Shown piece after piece: positions 1 to 13,495 of a stretch of 54,526 nucleotides of DNA. The notes under the pieces were generated by a model that was not told where the DNA came from, did no database searches, and saw only the letters and a program-made list of their open reading frames with translations. A program made the translations under genes and the position numbers. Every line of letters starts with the position of its first letter. The stretch's first letter is position 1. This DNA comes from Lobosporangium transversale (taxonomy: Eukaryota), in assembly GCF_002105155.1 (NCBI RefSeq), contig NW_019029023.1, forward strand, positions 310,001 to 364,526. The letters run 5' to 3'.

Positions 1-101
1 TTTTTTTTTTCTTTCTTTCTTTCTTTTTTTTTTTTTTTGTCGTAGTCGTCTTCAATATGATGTTTGTATTAAATAAAAAATAAAAAAACAGTCCCCCGTA
101 C

Positions 102-268
102 TCATCGTATTGACATTTCTCATAGTCATGACGTTCATCCTGACACTTGAATGGTAAATAAAAAGTTTCGGAACGACACTTGTTCAAAGGAATGAGCAAA
201 TGTGCACAAGAATCTCGATAGCCCAACGGAAGACGAGCATCCTGCATTTCCTTTTGTGTTGCGGACAT
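102..268 (-). CDS. NDUFB7: NADH:ubiquinone oxidoreductase B18 subunit (complex I accessory), partial: one exon, with the following intron running towards the window edge
   Basis: Manual translation (below the ORF-track cutoff) gives MSATQKEMQDARLPLGYRDSCAHLLIPLNKCRSETFYLPFKCQDERHDYEKCQYD, the twin CX9C B18 signature. A GT donor follows at 101-100. A short upstream exon cannot be excluded. Confidence 0.9.
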
Positions 269-1355
269 TATATTATTTATTTCCTTTGAGTCTTAAGAAA
301 TGGTGAAAAGAGGGGGGGTGGTGAGTAAATGAATTATTCAATGTTTCCCCTCAAAATCGCTTGGAAATAAATAGATTCTATTCTATTGGATCCCTTAATT
401 CCAACAGACGCGTCTTTTTTCATATATATTTTTTGCCACACAAAAATGTTGTCTAGATTTCTAGATTTGTAAATGTATTGTGTGGTGTGGCGAAGCATAA
501 ATAAATTTCATCCTTTGACTTCACTTTTTGCTCGAAGGGCTCTCCACCGAGAAGAGTGAACCAATGTATTACGCGGATTCACATGAAATAAATAAAATAA
601 GGTATAATACACGAGTAATAATTACAAATATGATAAGTTGGTGGCCAAACATTTCAGACGTAAAGTTTATGGTGTTGGCAAAAACTTTTCTTCTTTAGAT
701 TTATAACACACAACTCAGAGCACTTTGGGGTTATCAATAATAAAACGACAGCAGCTACAATAGTCTAGTCCCTGCTTAGCGCCAAATGGACGTGGCAGAA
801 ACATTCTAATTGCAGACCCTTATTTTGGGTTCAGTCAATACCACCATCTATAATATAAAATAAGATCTTGGTATATTTATACCTTCGTTATTTTAACTAA
901 ATTGCAGGAGACAAAATAGAACTCTTCATGCAGAGATAAAAGACTGGATATTTGTAGTGTTAGTGAGATGGAAGGGTGGCCGAGAGGGACAAACGCAGAG
1001 GTAGAAAGATAGAAAGCGCCTCAAAAAGCTTCAGATTCTAGTTAGCTGCTTGTTCAAAACCCATCCGTTACTTCTGTACTTTGTCAACAGAGGAACATAA
1101 AAGACGCGAAATTTTTAAGCGAAATGACTATGCTTGTTGATGATAGTTCAAGGTGTGTACGCTTCTTTTTTTTTTTTTTTTTTTTTTTTTTAAGAGTTGA
1201 GTTCTATACTTTACTATCTCGTCCATACCCTCAACCATTATGGGATGGTACTACTCGAGAGCATTTTCACCCTAACGAAGATGTTCTCGCCTCCAACCTA
1301 ACGGCGTAAATTGACAGGTATGCAAAATATTCACTGTTGCCCTTGTGTAGCGAAG

Positions 1356-1390
<35 letters not shown>

Positions 1391-1448
1391 TCGACAGCAG
1401 CATCTCCATCTTGTCATCATCATCATCATTCCCTCGATCATTGCCGAG

Positions 1449-4400
1449 ATGACATGATCTCAATACCAATAATTTCGAAAAGCCAACAATGACATCATTG
1501 AAAAAGTTTGTGTAAGAACTGCCTCTGCTTCCGGAGGTAATGACGGCAATTCATTCTACGTGACTTTACAAGACGTTCGAGACGTGTTTCCTGATGCACA
1601 CCGATTCATGTCGGGGGGAGATCCCATCCCATTCCTTATAGAGCCTGATGGCAGCAGGTATCTTATTTTATTATAATGCCTTATCAAATGTTCTAGAAAA
1701 GAAAAGAAAAAAAAAATGTGAGAACTCAATTAACTGCGTCTTTTTTTTTTTTTTTTTTTTTTCCTTCCTATTTCGTTATATTAGAATTGAACCTCCACGC
1801 ATTGCGTTCTACCCTGACAAGGTTCTGGATGTCATTGCAGAAGTACCACAGTCCTGCAATTGCAACAGCAACAGCAACAGTAACAGTAGCAGCAACAGCA
1901 ATACTGTCGTCCTTTTGCCAACCTCAAAAGAGTCAAAAAACTTGACCTTTCAGGACCTTCTTTTGGCATTATCCAACTTTATCCAATCTTCCAGCTCATC
2001 TCTTACTGTCCGCAATAACGAGGATTTCAACTCTCACTTTGAAGAGATTAAGGAGATGCTGCTGAGGGCCGAAAATAGGGACGACAAAATGCTCCAACTG
2101 CATTTGGAGGCTAGAGAGAAGAGCGACAGGATACTCGAATTACAATTGGAGGCTAGAGAGAAGGACGACAAGATGCTTGCAATGCAGGAGGAGATGAAAA
2201 ATTTGCAGGAGCAAACACTCAACAGACTTGTCATGCTTCAGCAGAAAGCTGAGGCTATCCTTGTTCAGACCTTTGAGCTACACGAGTATCCAATCCCTCG
2301 ACTCTTTATCATTTTACCTGCCGACCGCTCCAATTGGGACCCAAGGGAAGTATTGAAAAACAAGTTCCGCCTTCATTTCCTATGTGAATGTGGGGATCTC
2401 TCCGTAGAGGCAAGCAAGGACAGCCAGAACCAAAGCCACATTGCTAGACATGAAGGATATGAGATCCGAAACAGCACAGAGTTCTTTCAAAAGTATGGGA
2501 AACACATGGTCATCCTTTTACAGTGCCTCAAAGTAAGGACGCCCTTGAGTACTCCTCTAGCACCAGTTCCAGATCTCAAAGATTGTATTGATTACTCACT
2601 CGACTATCTGAATGAACTCTCTAAGGAATATGCCGCCTTGAATAATATCAATACAATCGATGATTATGAACCACTTGAAGGAGCAGATCTCCGGCAACTG
2701 CATAAATTCCTTCAAACTAACGGTGAAGACAGAAAGCTTGGCAACCTGTATAGAACTAAAACCGAAAAGGGACATATCAAATGGGTTCGCATCGACCACC
2801 ATCGCTCGCCATATAGAGAAAAGGAACAAAAAGCGCTCGAAAAAGTTGTGGGGATGTCACAATAGTAAATATGACCCACATCTTGGTAAAAGTGGCCCAT
2901 CGAATTATGGTCCAAAATAAGCGCTGAAGAATTCTATAATGTCTTGGTCAATGCAAAACACGTATACGAGTTAGATATTACTTTTGACTGGGATTGGAGC
3001 AAGGCTGATCTTGAAGCACTTGAGGAAGCACTAAAGATGTCGAGTGTATCCATCCTTCGACTTAGAGCTCAAATGAGTGTTGCCAGGAGGTTACAGGCAA
3101 CATCGCTAAATGATATACCTGTTCGTATCATAGAGTTCCGCGGAATGAAATCGATCAATATCGTGCTAGGCCCAGATCTCGTCAAGCTTCCCAATTTACC
3201 TAGTATAAAATTGCCACACCTTCATGAGCTATCCTATGAGATGAGCCTTAGAAGAATGGAAAGTAGTGATCTTCAAGTTCTTGTAGAATCACTCAAGAGC
3301 AACACAACTTTGACATATTTGGGCTTGAAGGGTAATCCAATTGGTGAGAATGGCGCCCCAGCGCTGTCAGAGGCACTCAAGATTAACACGGCTTTGACTA
3401 TCTTGGACTTGTGTTCCAGTGAAATTGGGGATAAAGGAGCTCCTGTACTTTCAGAGGCACTCAAGATCAATACGACTTTGATCTGGTTGGGCTTGGAGAG
3501 TAACTCAATTGGGGATAAAAGAGCGCTTATATTATCAGAGGCGCTCAAGATCAACACGACTTTGGCCAATTTGATCTTGATTAGCAACTCAATTGGAAAT
3601 GAAGGAGCTTTTGCATTCTCGGAGATGCTAAAGGCTAATACAACTTTGATCGTTTTGGATCTGGCACAACCTAATTAAGGAGGGGAGCTCTAGTATTGAT
3701 TAATGCGCTCAAGGCTAGTACGACTTTGACCAGCTTGGGCTTCTGGGACACTTTCCTTATGGAGCGTCTCTCGGACGGAAATGTGGCAAATTTGGACTTG
3801 CGTTACAATCCAATTGGGAGCGAAGGGGCTCTTGTACTCTCAGAGGCAGTTAAGGCCAACACCATTTTGACCAAGTTGGAATTGAGTAGCAACCTAATTA
3901 GGAAGGAAGGAGCCTTGGCGCTGTTCGAGGCACTTAAGATCAACACACACCACTTGGACCACATTAGTGTTGGTGAGCAACTCAATTGGGGGCGAAGGAG
4001 CCCTGGCACTCTCAGAGGCACTCAAAGCCAATACGACTTTGACGGATTTGCAATTGGATTGGAGCTCAATCAGGGATGAAGGCGGCCTTGCGCTCTCAGA
4101 GGCACTCAAGGCCAACACCACTTTGGTTAGATTAGGCTTACGATCTAACTTAGTTGGAAAGGAAGGAGCTCTCGCACTCTCAGAGGCACTCAAGACCAAT
4201 ACCACTTTGCTTAATCTGGACTTGCTGAGTAACAAAATTGGGCATGAAGGAGCCCTTACACTCTCAGCACTAATGGTCAACACGGCCTTGACCGATTTGA
4301 ACTTGGGATACAACGAAATCGGGAAGAAGGGAGCCCTCGCACTCTCAGAGGGACTCAAAACCAATACAACTTTAAGCACATTGACCTTGTGGAACAACAG

Positions 4401-4749
4401 AATTAGAAATGAAGGAGCCATCGCACTCTCAGAAGCACTCAAGACCGACACAGCCTTGGCTAATTTAGATCTGAGTAACAATCCAACTGGAAATGAAGGG
4501 GCCTTTGCGCTCTCGGAGGCACTTAAGGCTAATACGACTTTAACCACGTTGAACTTGGGACATAACAAAATTGGGAGTGAAGGGGCCATCGCACTCTCAG
4601 AAGCACTCAAGGTCAACACCACTTTGACCACTTTGGTCTTGCGTTACGCCTCCATTGGGAAGGAGCCCTCGCCCTCTCAGAGGCACTCAAGACCAATACG
4701 GACTTGACAGAATTGAATTTGGGGTCCAACACAATTGTAAAGAATTAGA
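1449..4749 (+). pseudogene. Disrupted coiled-coil + RNI-like (NLRC3-like) LRR gene, paralog of 13496-16101
   Basis: Collinear with the 13.5-16.1 kb gene (DIIEKVCVR, intron 1658-1784 GT..AG, LHEYPIPRLFIILP, FLCECG, EGADLRQL, 28-aa LRRs). It has in-frame stops at 1455 and 1470 and is split into ORFs 1648-2865, 2944-3678, 3696-4079 and 3967-4707. Confidence 0.8.
3280..4730 (+). repeat. 84-bp coding tandem repeat (LRR units LxxLxLxxNxIGxEGAxALSEALKxNTT)
   Basis: Recurring gcactctcagaggcactcaag..aac at about 84-bp spacing. Confidence 0.9.
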
Positions 4750-5957
4750 CATGATGCATAATTTAAGGACTATATTCCTTAGTTATTTGTAAGAAAGAAA
4801 AAAAAAAAAAAAAGCGCGACTTGTAACAGTAATGCAGGATGCTGAGGAGGCTCTTCCCCCCCCCCCCACCATGCATTTTGTTCACGCTTCCACGACATTT
4901 ATTAGTATAAAGAGCTATTAGTAAACCGTTTTGTTAAGAGCTTTTTTTTTTATTTTTTTTTTTTTATTTTCTTTTCTAAACTAATTAAATAAAGCAATTA
5001 TACTACAGGTTTACCCTGTCAAACCCAATCGAGTGAGGAAATACCGAGGAAGACGAAGGTCATCTTAAGATGTATCGGCTCTTTCTGCTAACAATAAGGC
5101 TGTTTCTAGCTTTATAGTCCCTCCATTAGGAACAAAATATACATGATAAAGAACTCACCCGTAACGCGCACGCCCACTACTGCAACATATTTTGCAAAAA
5201 GGGAAAAAGAAATAATCACCGAATGAGACATGCATAATCCTTTCCTTCGGTCCACTTGCATGCTATAGCAGATGATAAGCTGTCTGACTAGTCTGACCAG
5301 CCTGACCAGCCTGAGAATCCAACGTATCCTTGATTGGATGGAATACTGTATAAACCGCCGGATCCCGCCCTACTTCCAGAAGTTGTGTCGGCCTTCCTGG
5401 GAGATCTTGGATGGATTGACCCTTCAAGACGGGCTCTTCATGGACGGTAGCATATCGTTGCTATTGTGGTCTATTTTCAGTACTATTAATACTAATGTTA
5501 TTTCACCCACGCTCTACCACTACGCGTTTTGTTGCCAGTGTGGTCGCTGTTACTACTACTATATGTAGTCGTATTCTCAGATCGTACATCATCATTGACA
5601 ATACTGATCTTGGTCGTTAGCTTTCGATACCATTGTTTTTATTCCACCGGACTTTCCATTATATTAATGAATACCTTCCTTGGTGCTTCTGAACAACAAA
5701 GACCCCTCTCAAGATGCAATGGAGACACAAGGGGCGGTGGGATTTTTTAATGGATCTGCGTATACTAGGCTAGGGGCTGGCACTCGCTTGTCCATCAATA
5801 CCGGCTATGAAATATGACTCTCTGACGACCTATAAAAATACGATTTGGATATTGTTGCATTTGCTATGACTAAGTTAATGACCCCTTCTTTAGCTGATAC
5901 TATCTTCTTAGCTTGGACAGATTTACATAAGAGTGACAACCCGGGTTGTCAAATAGA

Positions 5958-6773
5958 TTAATTCATCTTAATAACAGCATCTCTACGACTCTTGAAAATC
6001 TCTTGAGTTGTCAAATCGAAGCGAGCAATGGCAATATTAAATAGTTTTTCGAACGTGCCTTGCGATAAAGGCCCGACAAAAACGAGATAAGAGTCTGAAT
6101 CCCTGAGCATGGTCCTATCAAACTTGCCATGTACAGTGCCTGTGAACACAACGCACAATCCACTCTTTACTCTGCTCGTCCAAGCGGCGAGGCAACCCAG
6201 AGAAGCCAGGACAGGAAGCCTACTTTTTGCTGGAGGTTCCTTGTGAAACAAAGCACTATGCTCATCTACAATGAAGAGAGCCTTTTTACCTTCTTGTTGG
6301 AGGAAGTCGTTTAATATGTAGCCAGCAATATATTCCACACTCTCATAACTTGCCATGGTGGAGAGCTCGTTTATAGCCAAGATATCCTTATTGAGATCTA
6401 GGAAGCGTTGACAAATCTTTTTTGATGCGTCCCCATCCTTCTTACATCGAGCAAGGCTCCCTGCGTCAGTGATGTAATGAACTGGCCAGCCGTGAGCATA
6501 TGCCTTAGCGACAAGAAACCAGGTTATATAGGACTTTCCGACTCCCATGGGGCCAGACAAACATCTTGCAAACGCCTTAGGAAAATCTTTCATCTCTTCC
6601 CATAGCTTCTTCATCAGTTCGGTAACAAGGAAATCATCTTGATTCTCTACTCCAAAGAGCTTTGGGCGATGCCCAAGGCTTTTTCTCTTAACCTGCTCGC
6701 CAACCCTAACATTCTTCAGTGATGAGAACTCCAAGCGACTTTCCGGCTGGTATGTGGTTGTAAATAGTAACAA
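5958..6773 (-). pseudogene. Truncated Crinkler-type P-loop NTPase fragment
   Basis: Walker A LSGPMGVGKS and Walker B LFIVDEH. No header or nuclease domain is visible and the ORF ends abruptly. Confidence 0.6.
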
Positions 6774-7334
6774 GCAGGGCGAGTCTAGGTTTTGACAAGG
6801 AGCTTTATTCTATGTTGTCTACCCTAAGCTGTTGCTCTAACCATGGCTATTTATATGCAATGACATGGGGCGTAGTGAGAGCGCAATGGGGGGCGTAGTA
6901 ATTAACACGTTTGCATCCTTCCTTCTAAAAAAAATTTTGGTTTATGAAAAAGGAAGAATCAAAAAAAAAAAAAAAAAAAAAAAAAAAATTATAAAATTGG
7001 TGGTAACAAAAAATAGAGAAAAACAAGCCGGAGACCGTGGCTTCGCCACGGCCGGCTCTTGTCTCGTTAGAAATTCCATAAAGCGTAGTGCAACGATTGG
7101 TTTGGAAAATATTAAGCGTTACCATATATACAACGAATAGTATCTTTGCATAACTTTTTTATTGACTGGGTCTTTTTTACCATTTTAAAAGCTACAAACA
7201 TAATCGACACTATATAGAAATACAATAAAGCAAAATCAGGTAAGATTATATACAGCAGTAAAATAAACAAAAAATAAAATACAAAATAAGAAAGAATATC
7301 TGGAAGATACGGCAGTAAATGAGAGGATGCTTAT

Positions 7335-7790
7335 TTACAACGCATCCTTGGAGGCAATGTTCCGCATGTATAGCCCAGGTCTGAGATTTAGCTCAATTGC
7401 ACCCATTACACCGATATATGCATCCGCCTTCAGCTTGGACTGGTATTCGCTGATGAACTGAAGCCTATCCGCCTCCAGTCTGCTGTATTGGTCGGGAGCG
7501 TACTGATGAGTCAAGCACGTATTCATCCAGATGAAATATCGCTGGTCTGTTGAGCTCAAAGGACGAATCTGCATCCTGTACATTTAAAACTCCTTTAGCT
7601 TGGCGTATTCTCGACTTTTCCTAGCTCGGCCATTGCCTCCATCCACTTCCACCTCTAATTTGCCGTCATCGTTACCTCCGTCATAACTGTCACCATGAGG
7701 CCCTGCAGAAGTTCGACCTGGCCTAGGCCATTTTTTATACTTTTTATATGTCCAGCCCTCGCCTTTTGGGTGCAAGAGGATACTGTATCA
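7335..7790 (-). mobile_element. Helitron Rep/helicase N-terminal fragment (degenerate)
   Basis: QYPL(L).PKGEGW ... LKEF*MYRMQIR ... HQYAPDQYSRLEADRLQFISEYQSKLKADAYIGV matches the Helitron_like_N pattern (QYPLLFP.G..GW; YRLQ.R; QQY..D.Y..E..RL.......LRA..Y.G). Contains a stop and a frameshift. Confidence 0.75.
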
Positions 7791-8511
7791 CCCACGAGGT
7801 AATGGTGTTGCTGGAAACCATGTAAAAACCGTTTGTCAAATGATCAGAAAACAGATCAGGCATAATAGCAAACATTGGGATAATCATGTTCCATTTACTC
7901 AACTAAGTGCCAACACTCGGACTGTGAGTCTTCATAACTCCTCACCATTTTCTTTATTTTCTGCACGAAAAGCGAATGGCTTCAGTAACTACACTGATAT
8001 GGAGCAAAAGTAATGACTCTTGACCCAATCCGTGGCGACAAACTTACCCCACGTTATGAAGGACCATACACAGCCGTAAACAAAAATCCTCATGGCTCGT
8101 ATATCCTTAAAGATGGGACAGGCGCAATCTTAGCCAGAAATTAAGCCCCGTCTCAACTGAAACTTGTCCTTGATGGCTTTGAAGATACTCTTACCTACGA
8201 AATAGAAAAAATTATTGACCATCGACAAAGTGATACATCCACATGAGTATGAGTATCTTGTTAAATCGAAAAACTATTCGCATGATGACAACACATAGGA
8301 ACCTGAAGAGAACTTCACTGAACGACAATGCATTACTGATTACTGGGCTGATCATCATGCATCAAATGCTACTACTGTTGGCCCTAAACGGTCTCACAGT
8401 TCTTCATCAGAATCCGCTGACTTGCAGCAGAATGTGTCACAGATATCTGATGCTCGCCAGACATCTGTCAGAAGTACCTCTCGACCCAAGTGTCGACGCA
8501 CGCGTCGTTAG
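7786..8511 (+). mobile_element. Ty3/Gypsy (chromovirus) integrase C-terminus + chromodomain remnant
   Basis: Manual translation: YHPRGNGVA..., SPFSL, KLTPRYEGPY (GPY/F motif), YEIEKIIDHR..YEYLVK.KNY.HDDNT*EPEENF....ITDYW (chromodomain). Has stops, frameshifts and an internal deletion. Confidence 0.85.
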
Positions 8512-8599
8512 ACTTATGACGAACGCATCATTCACAATGATACCAATAAATATCAATAATAATACCATTAACAATATCTAAAATAACAGATCTATCAAT

Positions 8600-8639
<40 letters not shown>

Positions 8640-8649
8640 AACAACACTT

Positions 8650-9405
8650 TATTCAGCAACTGGTTTAAAGGTTCTATACACATCTAGCAACAGTGCTGCT
8701 TTTTCTTGCAAGAGCTCGCCACGAGGTGAGTCTACATCAACTGATTCCAGTTCGGTGAGAACCTTTCGGAGCTGTCGTTCTGACATTGACTCTTGACGGC
8801 TGTTTGACGTTTCCGTCACAAATTCAGTCTCCGTTACTACTGAAATGACAGCAACCTGTGCACGTTGCGAGGCTTTAGCTGACGCTTCTAACCGTTACCA
8901 GTCTGCCTCCTTGACCAGCATCAGGTTACGACGTCTCAGTTGCTTGAACAACGATGGTTCATGCACCCAGAAGATATCAAAATTGTCACGTCTTATGGGT
9001 TCTCCTGAATAAATCAAGTTTTTGTCCTCCCTCCAGGAAGAGATACTTGCGAGGTCGCACTTCATCCCCATCCTGATAGAGTGCACTCTCTGTCCGCGCC
9101 CCGAAATTGCAGAGTTCACTCTCCAGAAAGAGCTTCCTGATCTTGCTCCCATCTCTGGTGGGACGCTCCCATGGAACATAAGTGAACACTGGGTCAGCGG
9201 GTGGACCGTCTGGGGAAGGTGGGGCCTGGCGACTTGCGCTCTTGTCATTTTCCAATTCCTCACGAGCGCGTTTTTTTGCCAGCAACTTTGCTGGTGGAAG
9301 AGGAAGCAGTGTTGTTGGAGAAAGACACAATTTAAGCAATGTAAAGTGTAAGAAAATGAGATTTGAAAGCCTGTTTTGCGTTGAGAAGAGTTTGAGTGTT
9401 AACAA
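8650..9405 (-). pseudogene. Frameshifted hypothetical protein
   Basis: ORF 8986-9405 appears to continue in a second frame (DNFDIFWVHEPSLFKQLRRR...ERQLRKVLTELE...). No family recognised. Confidence 0.3.
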
Positions 9406-10091
9406 TGTTTTAGGAATGAAGGAATGAGAAGCACAATGACCTTCAATTTATTCTCCTCATTGCTTTTCTCATTACATCTCTCCTTCATCCTGATTCGTTC
9501 CTGACATTACAAATCTTTTCCGCATGATCTGATCTTGGCTGATCTTTCAAACCAATCAACATTGCGAATTACAATCGTCCAAAAGCGTCACTGATCTTAA
9601 CCAATCACTGACACTGATTCACGCATGTGTAAGAATCTAAAGTTTTTTAAAAAAAAAAAAAAAAAAAAGTTTTTTAGCCGGGCCATTATTATATTGCATA
9701 CTGAAATATGCAACAGCTTTCCCTTTTATTGAGGAATGAGGCACACATTTCAGGGCACGGAAGCGAGTTGAGATAGGACGCAAAGAATGATCGCGACTGT
9801 TATGCTCTGTTTCTTGTATGTAAGTGCATAGAAACTTTTTTTTTTTTTTTTTTTTTTTTCAGGGACAAGATTTTGCTCAAATAACCGAGCATCATGAGAA
9901 AGTAGCAGTAGAAATAGTGGCAATAACGCGTCGCACAAAGACGCGATAAATCATTGACAAGAGTTTTGAATGAGCCCATGTCACCTTATAGATAGATGTA
10001 CTTACCTGGTACAAGTCCCTCTACCAGAAAAATGAATAAATACCCCATGGGTGTGGTGTGTGGACCCACATCTTATTCTCACTTACTTTTC

Positions 10092-11281
10092 TCACTGTTT
10101 ACGATCTATCTGAAAATATTTTTCAGTACCAACATGCGCGATCAACAATGCGAGAGTAATCTGGGAAAGTAATGTTCTGTGTATCCTGAGTGGTGAAGAG
10201 GATAAAGAAGTCTCTTGAGGAAGCCGCCTTTTTCCTTTCATTATTGTAGGCTCGTTGGTTGATAATCGAGTTTCCAGTAGAAAATTTGTATTGATGTACC
10301 CCGTTACTGATAGGTCTGGAGTCCAGTGATAGAAAGGCGTCGCCATAAGGTGCTGATGTGGCATTAAGAATGATATCCTTGTGCTCCCGTAAATTTATGA
10401 TCTCCTTGCTGCAATTAATGGTCCAATGGCGCCTATTAAACATTGACGTCTTGGTGTCCGTTTGCGCAATGCTGTCCTATGAAATTCTGAAGCGTTTCTT
10501 GATTTCCCTGTGCCTGCACCAAAGAGAAATAGGTAGAGGGACATGTACATTTTATCATGACTTCCAGCCCCGGAAGTAGCGGAAGTGATCTCGGATCCCG
10601 TCCCGCATGGTTTCAATTAGCTCGTCACTTGCTTGATACTCCTAACCTACTCCTGCGCTGCTGACAAGTAGTCTTGGTTCAGTGCATGCCAAACCTACTC
10701 AAATAGTCCTTGAGTAACTTTTAATACTAATAATAGCTGTCTCATCAGCATTAATACGATATTGCGATACAAATTACCATTGGGAAGGCTTCGACTATTG
10801 ATGGTAGGCTTGAGCGTTCTGCTAACATTCCTTCGATTTTTTTTACTGTCAGATTCAGATGAATCTGACGCAATCTCGTAATATGACCCCTCAAAAGCTC
10901 GCCATATTCTCCCATTAACCGTTCAGATGCAATTCTTTGTTGATGAAGCCCAAGGTCGTGTACAATTGTGCCTGCATTGAGTGATGTGATTTTTGTCTTG
11001 ATGTCTGAGTAGTGGGACCAGAATTGATCCTCTGAATGTTGTCTGAATTTGTCAGAGTTATCTTTTAATTTACTCCTTCTTTTACTGCGAAGGACAGGAA
11101 CTTCCAAAAGGTCTTCAAACATCTTGATTGCAGATTCTTTGTCTGTCAATTTGAAACGTCTCACGAAATTGGGGAAGCACACATGTTCTTGATGTGGAGT
11201 CTTGGTAGTCACCCATTTATATGGACTTTTGGTACTGTCATCTCCTATGATATCATACAAGGAAAGGGTAAGGAAATCCAA
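10092..11281 (-). pseudogene. Fragmented hypothetical protein (SPYKW..CFPNFVRRF N-terminus)
   Basis: Successive minus-strand ORFs (10751-11281, 10395-10616, 10123-10443) with protein-like composition. Family not identified. Confidence 0.35.
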
Positions 11282-13034
11282 TTAGAGATTATACTATTAC
11301 TAATCAAATTCAAAAGTCGAAAATGTCGCCAATCAAACAGATCGATCACAAGGCGCCACTGTCGGCGTTACCATGCAAAGCTCTCTGGTGACCACCAATA
11401 TCATAGCTACCCCCGCTCAGTTGAGCCGGAAGTATATCAACCGGAGCTAAGGAAGCGAAGCTACGTGCGATATAGTGTTTCAAAGCGCGATCAAGTGAAT
11501 CAATTACATGCCTTAGTCTGGCCTGGGGTCTACAGTCACCTGAACAGAAATGAATTATGAACAAATAGTAATCCTCTTAGTAATAGATTAACGATTAAAC
11601 AAGTCTACAAGTACTCAATAGAGAGAAAAGAGGAGGGAAAAGACAGAATCGAGAGTGAAGTGAGAGAGATATGCTGATTAAAAAACATTGCTTTCCTTGA
11701 GAATACATGTGTGATAAATCGAGGAAGAGAGATAAAGAAAAAAGTGCGAAAGAATGCAGAAGATGTGGATGGAGTTGAACACCATTGTTCCGACCCCTCC
11801 ACCTTTAAAAAAAAAAAGGTGCAAAGAGAGAGAAAATAAGTTGGTTCCCGGAGAGAGTCAAAAAAATAAATAAATAAAGCGGTGTGCAGTAAGAGCAGTG
11901 GACACGACTAAAAAAGGGCGTGCAGAAGCAAGAAAAAAAAAATGCGCAGAGAGGTGTACAGAGTGAAGTAAAAAAAAGGTGCAGAGAAAATGGATGGCAA
12001 TCAGACGCGTAAACGAGTCATCAGCCATCAATCAATCAATCAATCAATCAAATAAATAAAATTGACCGTAATTACTTTAATTAAACGCGAAGAGAGGGAG
12101 AAAGGCGCACAAACAAGGAATCTGAATAATAGGGGACACCTGGCAATTTACTCTGGCTTTTTGACCTCGGTAATCAAAAATGGTAACCTTCTTTTTCAGA
12201 GAAATAGTTCGGGTAATATTTCTCCTCGAACCCCCTTGGTGTTGGCAGAGGATCTCTACTCCTAAAGTGAAATAAAAAATAATAAAAAAAAGGTTGAATA
12301 AATAGGTTTCGGAACAGGAATACAGCAATTCAAAATAATATTGTTTACCAGCGATCGGCTGCATCAAGGTCTTGCCGCGAATGTTGAGCATTTAGGCAAT
12401 AGCAGTATTTCCTCATCTGACGCATCTGGGACTTTGATCCACGGTATCATCGAAAACACCTCGGGGGAAAGACTGTTTTGACAGAATAGCTGAAAAGGCG
12501 CACCGAAACCAGTGCCGTTTCCCCGGCGTGCTGACAGTCCGAGTGCATCGAAGGGTTGAGAGATTCGGCAGACCGATAACAGATAACGGAGCCGTACCCT
12601 TTCTTGTTCAGGATAGGATAAGGGCCATCGACCCCAATGTTGGTAGTAGGATTGTGTTTGTGATAAAAGGGTGAGAGAAAAGCTTTCTTTTATGTCCTTT
12701 TCACTCCAATTTCTTCATGTCGTGTGATCAATAACTCATGTATTGTCCGCTCCATTTGGTCAGTGATTCTTATACTTTATTGAATAACCTTGATACATTA
12801 GGAGCCAATTACAGTATTTCCCTCGTCGCGGCGAAATATCGAGATCAGCTGCCAAAGCGGTTCGGCCATCACTTTTTGAATAGAAAATATCAGAATCGCT
12901 GACCAAACGAGATGGAGTTTATTTTTATTGCAAGCTCACAATCCAGAATCAGCCATCATCGCTGGAGTACTGATCAAACGAAGCGGACAACACATGACAT
13001 GACCCATATCCCATATTGCGGACAAAAATGGTCG

Positions 13035-13066
<32 letters not shown>

Positions 13067-13495
13067 GTAAGATCTGAGCCTTTTTCAGAGTTGAATAGAA
13101 AATAGTGAAGCGATTCTCACCGGTGGTAGCGATGCCCTGTGGATCAAATGACATGGCTTGACATAGTATAATGATAAAAAGATGACCAAATAAAGTATAG
13201 TGTCTCCCCTATAACATTAATTTACTAGAGACGTTGAGGCAAAGAGAGGTGTTTCTTTGATAACAGGAAAAAATAGCCCTTTTTCTGTTATTATTGTTTC
13301 CAATCACTGTTGATCTTCGTTTACTGTGCAGACAATCCTTTCAGACTACGTGACCACCGGCAGTGATTGACGAACTAAAAAGGAAACCAAAAAAAAATTG
13401 ACGCACTGACGATGATTCGTTGTTACACCAACTGAAATAACGCCTCTCTTCATTGCCCGCGTTCCTTGATGAGATTGTCGGATGCATTCCCTTCA

